64,000 bases of DNA from Tubiluchus corallicola (taxonomy: Eukaryota > Animalia > Priapulida), in the NCBI GenBank assembly GCA_030141605.1, contig JAQGDQ010000834.1:1-64000 (forward strand), given 5' to 3'. A program made the translations under genes and the position numbers. Shown here one piece after another: positions 54,122-64,000 of the stretch; position 1 is the first letter of the stretch, and every line of letters begins with the position of its first letter. A model generated the notes under the pieces. It did not search any database. It was not told the origin of the DNA and saw only the letters and a program-made list of their open reading frames with translations.

Positions 54122-56366
54122 ATCATACCAGTATGAAAATAAATTCTCAATAGTTTTTAAGCTGCAAAAAATCCCAATGAGTTTTACTTCCAGCAAACTC
54201 CTTATGCAAACGTAATTATACAAAATAAAAAAACTTAGTAATAATACTTCAAATGACCATTATCATGATTATCTAACCTACAACCCCATTCAGCAGATAT
54301 GTGCAAGCATATTATATTATTAATATTATTTAATATTATATTATTTATAATTATATTACACTACAAATAGTCATATTCATGAAAAACTGCAGAGAAGCTT
54401 TTTCATTGTTGCCTGAATGATAGATAGCTAGTTAAAAATGACCAAAATAAGGACAAAGCTGTTCAGTATTTAACAGTAAAGCTTTTAATGGCAGTGAACG
54501 AAATCACGTGAACAGCATTTACAATGTTGTTAATTAATTAATTAATTATTATAATCAATCGTGCATCATTAAGATGATTAATGATTAAGATGCGTTTACT
54601 TTAACAGCATAATAATAATAATTATTATTATTATTATAATTATACACGTACTGTGCGCCCAGATTGTATAACAGAGTTGTGAATTGTCATCAATAATACA
54701 TCACAAGAATATAGTTTCATTACTTTGTTATTCTCGAGTATGGTTCTGCAATCGTACGTATGATCTACAAAAATATTTTTAGAGCTAGCTCACCGCAGGT
54801 ATAAAGATTCACAGGCCTTTTACAACTTCCCAGGTTTCAAAAATAAACATTTTACCTGAGGTCGTATGGAGTATTCACCTAGCAGACAAGTTTTGAAAAT
54901 ACATTGTAAATTGGTATAACTATGGCACGAATGTGCGAATTTTAAAAATTGGCGTCACTGTTTTGACGAGCTTCAGTAGTCTGTATCCAATTTTGTTATA
55001 AAAGCAGCAACAGGCATGAGGCAGAGGAGAGAAGCCAGTTCATCCAACGTTAACATAAACTTATGTGGGAAGCCCACATGGACATCATAAACAAGTACGC
55101 TGGGGCTCTGGAAATCGTAGTACGGACAAACTAGCTTTGCTGCTGGCGTGAATTTCTTGCCGTTTTGAAGTTGGAGGCACAGAGGTGCAAGACGTTTGCT
55201 GCTTTGTTTTCAAAAAAAGTGCTAAAACCATGATGCCGGCCAGTAACACACATGCACAGAAGATATAGCTATTCTGAAATTTGATAGTTATCGCTGAAGC
55301 ATTTTCCAATGGACGTATCAATGGTAAATATCTCTGTCTCATTGACATCGACACAATACTCCACTTTAGATGGCTATACTTCAAGACGTCGACGACAATA
55401 ATGATGATGAAAGTGAGGACATGGATTTAGACACGGATCGTGGATGTAATGTCAGAATTCTGATGGATTGTTGAAACCGTGGTTGGTCGTTTCCGCTTTT
55501 CAGACGATCCCTGAGTTGGCGCCACGGTGGCATGGAGGTTTCCACTCTTGCTTGTTACGTAAAAATAATAGCAAGCCGAACACCTTCAGTGAACATTTAA
55601 ATTTAATTATTCTCTTCTTAAAACGTTTAAGCTGCATTATTAAGTTGTATAAGCTGTACCTGCAGATTTAATTCAATTTCTTTTAATTTATGTAGCAATA
55701 TTCAGCAGAATAATAATAATATAAGGGCATAGATGTACACTTACGTTGCATTTTACAACATAATGCAGAGGAGAACCAATGTGGGCTGTTTGTCAAAGAT
55801 AATAATTGTCTGATATTTTAATTTTTAATAATTTAACTGCAAGACCGGCACAAGAAAAAAATGAATTTATGAAAGACCGCCTACACGGCAGCTTTACTGA
55901 ATGCCCCAAAAAAGTATCAATTTTTACAGTTTAATATTACACGAATTAAAATAGTTTCAAACACGATCTTAAAATTACCAAAGCAGTATTGAGGAGCTTT
56001 GTGATCATGATTATCAATAAACAGCAATGTAAAATTAAAAAAATTAAAAGAAAAGCACTTCCATGATTGAATAATTTGCCATGTTCTTGTTTATAAGTTC
56101 AGTAGCTAAGAACCCTTGGTTTTGCAGTGTAAACACGTATATTCCGCAAGATGCAAGACCACATCGGTCAAGGCTGTAAAATGGACTGTTATTTTAAAAA
56201 TTATAACATCTATTTGATTTTGCCAGCTCCTTTGTAAGCACCGGTCAAACTCCTAAAAGCAAATGTCATCAAAACTCGACAAAGTCCATATAATGATGGA
56301 GCATTTTTAAACAGACCTTTGAACTATTTTGATTAATATTTTAACAAAAGATGGCACTACAGTCAG

Positions 56367-56945
56367 TTAATATCGAGACGCCTCCACTGTCGCCGTTGAT
56401 GTCGTTGTTTGGCTAGACTGAGAGCGAATAACTTGCGGTGCCTCTCCTGCCCGCCAGGCGCGGAACTTGAAGTAGGCATCCACAGCATAGGCGATCATTG
56501 CGCAAAAGCCGAAAAACGCTCCAGCACCCCAACCAGCATGCCTGTGTCGACAACCATACTTGCTGCAGTACACTGCGACGCAGATGGAGGCAATGAGGAA
56601 GAAGATGGCCCACACAAGACAATAGATGAACTCGATCAGATACCATGGCACCTTGTATAAGTACCCCACAACATGGAACAGGTATAATATTAGGAGAATC
56701 AAGGTAACAACAAAACCGACGACAGCCACGAATTCATAAAAGGGATCTCCGCCGATACTGCTCCTGTAACTTGCAGAATATCCTACGGAGGCTACACATA
56801 TAAGACCAATGATATCCAATATTATCTGAACTATCTTCAGGATTCCAGGTATTGTGCGCAGATACGCCGGATCAAAATAAGGTTTTGTCGTCTGGGTCCT
56901 GGTTGTTGTTACTGTAGTGGTCCTCGTTCCAGATGCGTCCGCCAT
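56367..56945 (-). CDS. MARVEL-domain four-TM protein (plasmolipin / CKLF-like CMTM family), 192 aa, single coding exon
   Basis: YLRTIPGILKIVQII, FYEFVAV, PWYLIEFIY and AGAFFGFCAMIAYAVD are hallmark MARVEL motifs; four hydrophobic helices; aaaATGG start context; splice acceptor tttttcag about 20 nt upstream implies a 5' UTR intron. Confidence 0.93.
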   Translation of the reverse strand: MADASGTRTTTVTTTRTQTTKPYFDPAYLRTIPGILKIVQIILDIIGLICVASVGYSASYRSSIGGDPFYEFVAVVGFVVTLILLILYLFHVVGYLYKVPWYLIEFIYCLVWAIFFLIASICVAVYCSKYGCRHRHAGWGAGAFFGFCAMIAYAVDAYFKFRAWRAGEAPQVIRSQSSQTTTSTATVEASRY

Positions 56946-57084
56946 TTTGACAGAGCTCTATTAAACCTGAAAAATTAAAACGCGAGTTAAATTTTGAACA
57001 AACGCTGACGAAACCTTCTTTACAGAATTATCTCAGGCGAAAGCTTACAATTCCCTACACACAAGAAATTAGATCGTGAAGAAG

Positions 57085-57171
57085 ATTAGGGTTAGGGTTA
57101 GGATTAGGGCTGGGATTAGGGTTGTGGTTGGGATTAGGGTTAGGGTTGTGGTTGGGTTAGGGCTAGGGTTA
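57085..57171. repeat. Degenerate interstitial (TTAGGG)n-like tract
   Basis: ttagggttagggttaggattaggg... about 14 imperfect hexamers. Confidence 0.8.
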
Positions 57172-58658
57172 CGTTTTCTAAATTGTGTGGGCAATTGTAA
57201 ATTCCTTTCTTATCATAAAAGGCCACATCTGTTTGCTTCCTGTCAAATTTCTTGATGGGTACAATATCCCTGAGCGACTTAGGGATTGCTTTTCGGTCAA
57301 AGCGTTCAGTTCGAATATGAGGTTTACTGATCTTGCTGTTCTACATAAATAATGCTTCACAGAGAGGTAGGATTCTCAATGTAGAGTGCCAAAGCAAGAT
57401 CCCAGTACCGCCACAACCATTAGCATATTAATAGGTCCTGTTGTCGACTCGTGGCAAATGGCTTACAGGGTGACGAATATAACATTAGATATACATTGCA
57501 TAGGGTACAAATGCAGGTAGAATACATTATTTACAGTATATCATAGTTTAGACTCATATAATATGCTAATAATATCTAAAATCACATCGCCCATTAACTA
57601 AGCCTAATCGCCCAGAAAAACATATAATAGTTACTTCAAGTAATCGTGGTCCATTCCCATATATGAGCTTCATTCATTACGTCATTCCATTTTAAGCACT
57701 AATGTTTTTTTTAATCACGATTCACTTTAAATTTTCAGATTATCTCCATATTTTTTTCTTTCACTGTGTGGGACAATCTAACAAGCCCGGCTTTTTGTTT
57801 GCCCACAACACATTTACCTTCGTGCATAAGTGAACAGTGTTTGAGGCTTTTCCTGTGCAGTATTTCTTATTTGTATTACGTTCATTGTAGGCCCTTTCAC
57901 TAGATATTGTATAATCATTGTAAATGTGTAATGTGAAATAAATGACTTATGCTTCGCGTTTAATATACTACAAACGAATTGCCAATTATTTTCTCTACAA
58001 GTTCTTAATTGAGTTATTAGGCTACAAAATAACGTAGCTGCAGACTGCAGTCATAAGAGCGAATCAAAAAATATGATCGAAAAATATAAATATCGACCAG
58101 CAGATGCCAGCACTAGAATAAGCTGGGTATTTTACTTTTAATTAGGACAGAAAAAACACCGGCGCGAAACTTGTAAAAAGCGACATTACGTCACGCGTCA
58201 GCAGAAGAAGCCACTATATTCGCGCCTATAATTAGAACCAACCAATGAAGCCAGAAACTATTCTGGGAAGACGTGAAAAAGAGGATTCTGTTGCAAAAGT
58301 GAGGCACGGCGCTGAGGTATGGCGAACACAACACGCGTTAAAAACGATTTATGATGCTATCCAGTATAGCAGCCGTCATGAGAAATCTACTAAGCAGCCA
58401 TACTGAACAGCTTTTGCTGCTATAAAAGAATTGCAAATTACACAATTAACATGTGTGAATTTACAGCGATTATTCTATAAACTTTATTTATAACCTGGCA
58501 GATTCTACGTACTCTGCTACGTACTCGAAGTTCTGTAGCAAACACCACAGCTGGTGTACAGTACACCCTGATTGCAATATTTGAAAGTTTTGGTGTACTG
58601 TACGTCAACAGCTATCGATTTTTAAAGTAAAGGACAAGTCACTTTCTTTGCCTGTTAA

Positions 58659-59280
58659 AGCAAAACTGGACCCAATGTTAAACTGCAGGTCAAAACAATC
58701 TACTCTTTAAAATGTTGAACGGAAACATTCTATTTTTTTTTTCAAAAATGACTAACGTGAAAGAATTATTACCACACCAACAGAATTTCGCGTTCTCGAG
58801 ACTTGTTCTTCGCTGTTACATGCACTTCGCCATTCGCTAGTTAGACGAGCACTAGCTCCTGCATTTCGGAAACGCATTGCACAAAAAACAGGTGCTGTAC
58901 ATCTCAGTTCAGATGTGTTAGTTTGTGACGAACTACACACGTTCGACAGCTCATGTGTGAGCACAACGGTAAAGTTGAAGTTTGAAGTTTATCTTAAAAC
59001 ATGCCTAGTTTTAGTACAACACACTGAATATCGTACAGTAGCACTGTACTTCAATTTTCGCTTTCGCAAACACGTGCAACACACTCGCGGAAAATGTTTG
59101 CTGTTGAAAATTATGTTACTTTGTGATGTCATCAATAGTTGGGCTCGCCCGCCGATAATTAAGTTTTTAATCTATTATTTAATTATCAGAAACGCTTTTG
59201 CTGTATTAATCGTGTTAAAATGTATACGTTTTATCGTACTTGAAAATGGGGTGGTATATGAAAAATTATCCTGTCTTCCT
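58659..59280 (-). mobile_element. Kolobok/T2-like MITE, full-length reverse copy (622 bp)
   Basis: TTAA|AGCAAAACTGG ... CCTGTCTTCCT|TTAA; reverse complement of the 49976-50581 family. Confidence 0.88.
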
Positions 59281-60291
59281 TTAAATTTATTTAAGTGCCA
59301 CTTAAATTTAGAGCAAGAAAACTGTCTATAAAGCATAAAGTTAATTTACACTACCGCTGTACAGAAATTTTCCGATGACGTTACCGGTGGAGTTCGTGAC
59401 TTTTCGTAAGAACTTCGTGGCTTCCCTTTAAACTAATTCAAAGTTCTGCAGCTTACTTAGTGTTCGTACAAAATATCACAAAATTTGATGTCTAATTTTC
59501 TCTAAAAATATTCTACCTTTGACAGAAATTGGCAGAAGTGCAGTGATTTTCTTCAGTAGATGAACGACGTCATTGGTGGAAGAATGGGCGTTCAAAATGG
59601 GCGTGCCAAAGCTAGAAATGATCGCGACTTTAAAATGATTTTACTAATCACACGCGGCACTCATCACACTTATTACACTAAACCCTTTTAACATTTTTCG
59701 AGAACATTCAAATAAGCCTAACTTCACAGAAGACCTTTACTTGAAAGACAAAAAGTCTTGTAGAGTAGATTCTGCATTAGTCGAATAGACCATGAATTAA
59801 AACTCTGTTTTATAGTCCGAAAAAAACAAAAAAAATGTTTTAGACAATGACTGTAGCAAGCAATTTGACTAAATTTCACAAATTGTCACCAAGTCTGCGG
59901 TTGATTATACATTTTCAGTCGATTGACAAGTTATGAAAAGTGCAGACAGAAAAGGGCTGTCTTTTCAAAACTTCCGGTGTGGATAAACGCAAGCTCGTAA
60001 CCAATGAATTACGGTGTTAACGTGGCCGTCTCAACAACATTATAGGCCCCCGGGCAAAGCAGTGCGCTGGGGCCCCTACCTACAAAACCACGGACACGAC
60101 TAAAATGTAAACGGTCGATAAATGAAACATATATTTATTGTATCGGTACTTCCAACAAAATCAGTGTTTAAACATTAAAATTAAAAAAACATGATATACA
60201 GCAAGGAATATTAGGATGGGACCACCGGGCAATTACCCAATGTGCGCATGTATTAAGATGGTCCTCCATGGATGATAACTACACGTAGGAT

Positions 60292-60396
60292 CAGGGCCGG
60301 CCTTAAGCTTAGGCAAACTAGGCAACCGCCTAGGGCCTCACCCTCCAGGGGGGCCTCACGCCGAGGCAACATTTTTTTGCTTTATGCGAACATATT

Positions 60397-60488
<92 letters not shown>

Positions 60489-60617
60489 CGCATGCCTTTT
60501 TTTGAGAATTTTGTGCGTAATTTTATTTTTTTCGTATTTATTTTTTATTTTTCTATTTCATTTGGGGCCACCAAATTCACTTCATCTAGGGCCTCCAATT
60601 ACCTTAGGCCGGCCCTG
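60292..60617. mobile_element. CAG-terminated MITE containing a (CT)n tract
   Basis: TIR CAGGGCCGGCCT ... AGGCCGGCCCTG; flanks GTAGGAT/GTACGAC (5 of 7 match); subterminal ctagggcctc repeats. Confidence 0.8.
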
Positions 60618-60809
60618 GTACGACGTAATTCTGCCTTTTGATGATATGGTTGATTGTACACCTTGCTGTAATATGATAATAATTATGATGATAATTATAA
60701 TAATCTTTAATTAAAGTCGGCTTTTACATAAACAATTAACATAAGCTGAAAGAGCTATTATCGCCAACTGTAAATAACAACCTACAACTACGCAACAGAG
60801 CCTATTATT

Positions 60810-60958
60810 ACCCCACTTTTACCCTAAATACCACGCGCCTAGCAGGGAAACAGCAGGTAGCATTTTTCAAGTCTTTGGCATGATCCGGCTGGCAGTATCT
60901 AACTCACGACATCCCAGACGGAAAGCGGACGCGTTACCACTGGACTAAACCGACTGGT
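60810..60958 (-). mobile_element. tRNA-derived SINE fragment
   Basis: Minus strand: tagtccagtggtaacgcg (A box-like), gagttagatac (degenerate B box), then gccaaagacttgaaaaatgctacctgctgtttccctgctaggcgc, resembling a conserved invertebrate SINE central domain (Meta-type from memory, unverified). Confidence 0.6.
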
Positions 60959-61334
60959 AAATATGGAAAACTCTAGAAACCTAAGTCAGGCAACTCTTCT
61001 TCGTCTTTCTTCAGAGTGAAGCTAGGTGCTGGATTCCACGCGCCAACTGCATCATTTAACTGTCATATCGAATAATTACAAACAAATGAGCCCATGGTGG
61101 TTATAAGTTGTACGTTAGCTCATAAAAAATTCTTCGTATTACACTATCACTTAACTTAACAAGAACAATCCCATTATAACTGATTTATCGCGTACACATT
61201 ACAGTTAATTTACAGCCTAATGTCCAGTTCTGATATTGCTAGCTCGTAAAGATGTGACAAATTTTGCAGCTTTGGCAGAAAATTGCCTTAGTTGCTGAGG
61301 AACGCGCGAGAAACAAAACTTAAAAACTTAGAAT

Positions 61335-61921
61335 AAGACCTAACGATTTTTCATATACTACCCCATTTTCAAGTCGGATAAAAAGAATGCATTTTAACAC
61401 AATTAATACTGCAAAAGCGTTTCTGATAATTAAATAATAGATTAAAACCTTAATTAACGGCGGGTGAGCCCAACTATTGATAACATCACAAACTAACATA
61501 ATTCACAATGGCCAAAATATTCCGCGAGCGTGCTGCACGTGTTTGCAAAAGCGAAAATTGATATTCAGTGTATTGTACCAAAACTAGGCAAGTTTTGAGA
61601 TAAACATTCAAATTTCAAATTTACCGCTGTGCTCACGCAAGAGCTGTCGAAAGTGTGTAGTTAGTCACAAATTAACACATTTTAACTGGGACCTGTTTTT
61701 TGTGCAACGCGTTGCCGAAATGCAAGCGATAGTGTCCGTCTAACTAGCGAATGACGAAATGCAAGTAACAGCGAAGAACTAGTGGCGCGAACGCGAAATT
61801 GCGTTTGTGTGGTAATGATTCTTTCACGTAAGTCATTTTTGAAGAAATAATAATCTTCCTTTCAAAATTTTGAAGAGTAGATTGTTTCGACCTGCAGCTT
61901 ACGATTGGGTCCGGTTTTGCT
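61335..61921 (+). mobile_element. Kolobok/T2-like MITE copy with damaged left end
   Basis: Collinear with 49976-50581; ends ccggttttgct|TTAA. Confidence 0.8.
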
Positions 61922-62873
61922 TTAATCCTCACCCTGTTAACAGCGTGAAGTTGGACTGATGTTTTTGTTTTTAGTTAGCTGAATAATCTTGCACAAGGAG
62001 TGAATGCACAAGAGCATTCTCCACTAGAAAGCAAAGCGGATCAATTCCGAATCATTGATGAAGAGCGATCTTACAAAGAAAATGCATATTACTTGATTTT
62101 ATTCGGCAGTAAAAACATAAATAATTTGTCTAAAAATTGTGCACAGAAATCACAGCTAAACTGTGCCGACTGCATGAGGTTTCAAACATTTTAATGATAA
62201 AGAACGTACGTAGTTAAACTGCTGAATTATTCGAATGTACACTTTTAGAGGCTCGAATCGAATTAAAGATCTCCTCGATTCGAACGTTCGATGCTCACCC
62301 CTATCTCGCGCCACTACAGCTTACGTTACTGTCGTCTCAAATGCCCCCTCTTACTACGGTAGTAAATACGGCACTTCAGAAAATTGCAAGGCATTACGAT
62401 AATAACCAAACCTGCTGGTCACGCATGCGCTGTAAGTACACTTAGTTAAATCACACGAGTAAAGTCACGTGATAATTGCAGTCAAATTACAACCTTCATG
62501 AGTGGAATAACCGGTTCGCATTCCATAAATTCCTCATTTTTTGAACAAACGGCACTCTCTCTTCTTGAGTTGGTCTACTTTTTTGCATATTCGTCTCACA
62601 TTTAAAATACTTGCTTTAAGTGAATTCCTTATAATTTTAGTATCAAGAAAATTTGTTAAGCTGATATAACGAATCAAGAATTGTTAAATTTTCACAACAA
62701 ATCCGTCCGAAAGGTGAAAAATCGGGAGTGATCTTAAATGCGAGTTCCTGGAAGGATAGAGGTCTTTCGTCCAGTCCGAACTTTTTTACATTTTCTTCCT
62801 TTACGACTGGATTCGTTTTCAAATTTCCAATAGTTTTGTACAGGGCTAGTTTTGTACGGGTACATAGTTTTGT

Positions 62874-62967
62874 ACAGACTGTTTATATTCGGGCGAAAGA
62901 CGATAGGAATTCAAATCTCAACTCGGATTTATTCCTATCGTCCTTCGCCCGTATATAAACAGTCCGT
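62874..62967. other. 94-nt hairpin (37-bp stem, 20-nt loop), pre-miRNA-like
   Basis: 62874-62910 pairs with 62931-62967 with 3 mismatches. Confidence 0.6.
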
Positions 62968-63159
62968 TGGGGATGAAATTTTACAACTCTCGTCGTGTTT
63001 TCTACATGCTGTTTTGTTTTTATTTATGATTTATGTGAATTTACATTAGAATTGGTAATTATGTTTATTATGATTGTACTCGCTGTTTTTCATTGTGTAT
63101 AATGTTGTAAATTTTTGTTACTAATTATTAAAAAAAGCTCATTATCATGTATGTACTGT

Positions 63160-63430
63160 TGGATTATAATTTGTAGCTATGTCTATTGTATCTGATCGTT
63201 GTCGTTCAATGTGTCTCATGCGTTGGATTCTAAATTATATATATATATTGTATCTGATCGTTGTCGTTCAATGTGTCTCATGCGTTGGATTCTAAATTAT
63301 ATATATATATATATATATATAATTTAGAATCCAACGCATATATATATATATATAATTTAGAATCCAACGCATGAGACACATTGAACGACAACGATCAGAT
63401 ACAATAGACATAGCTACAAATTATAATCCA
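63160..63430. repeat. (TA)n-centred fold-back with internal partial duplications
   Basis: 63160-63240 is the reverse complement of about 63350-63430; extra partial arm copies at about 63247-63298 and 63320-63339. Confidence 0.9.
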
Positions 63431-64000
63431 TATATATATATTATATTATATATTCACATATATATTATATTCACATATATATATATGTGAATAGGTTTAA
63501 TACGTTGTAAATGCTTCTAGAAATTTTAAACATATCCCTATAAATAGAGGGAATGTATTCTGTACATAGTTTTTAAAAATAAATAATAATAATAATAATA
63601 ATAATAATCCTTTACGACTGGATTCGTTTTCAAATTTCCAATAGTTTTGCACAGGACTGGATTATCCTATAGGCTAGTATAGGCTGCAGCCTAGAGCCCC
63701 ACAAGCTTTGTAATATTTGGTAAAACACCAGTTTTTTCACTATGCTTGTGTTGAAATATGTGATAATTTGGTTAGCAATAAATAGTAAAATACTCGTATT
63801 TCTTTAAGAATATTTTATTAACAAACAAAAGATAACTATTCTAGTTTATTTAAAGAATTTGCGGTAAATTTACTTCAAGCTAGGTAAATATCGCTAAAAT
63901 AATTCACGAGTAAAAAAACACTCAATACAGAGGTGCCGGCGAGTTAGAGTGTTGCTCCGTCTGCGTAGGACCTCATGATTTGTTTAGCCTAGGGGCTCTA

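Noticed and set aside
57085-57171. True telomere or chromosome fusion site
   Set aside because: Short, degenerate, single orientation and intronic; no head-to-head arrays.
58752-59331. Recurrent similar ORFs (also 9545-10126, 50280-50501, 61744-61932) suggesting a gene family
   Set aside because: All lie within copies of the non-coding TTAA MITE and frames are not conserved between copies.
60860-60958. tRNA gene
   Set aside because: B box is degenerate, no clean cloverleaf, and it continues into a SINE-like body.

Overview
AT-rich, repeat-dense animal genomic DNA, most likely a bilaterian invertebrate. Evidence: GT-AG introns, abundant micro/minisatellites, degenerate TTAGGG tract, RTE and L2/CR1 LINE relics, no prokaryotic signals. 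Most ORFs in the supplied track are by-products of simple repeats. Supported genes: (1) a divergent class A GPCR (+, main exon about 7135-8136) with possible upstream acidic micro-exons; (2) a three-exon TMEM196-like four-TM gene (-, 40318 to 28747); (3) a two-exon orphan rich in S/T-P motifs (-, 51526 to 49340); (4) a MARVEL-domain gene (-, 56367-56945). Mobile DNA: a TTAA-flanked Kolobok/T2-type MITE family (at least 5 copies), an internally deleted PIF/Harbinger element inside a minisatellite, hAT-like MITEs (one nested in an RTE LINE), a solo LTR, a 5S rRNA-derived SINE-like element and a tRNA-SINE. Structural oddities: a tandem duplication with an inverted templated junction insert, two long fold-backs and a pre-miRNA-like hairpin. 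There is no CRISPR array and I cannot support a wholly new multi-gene system. The best novelty candidates are the motif-degenerate GPCR, the S/T-P orphan, the 5S-headed element and the hairpin. All alignments were done by eye; no searches were run.
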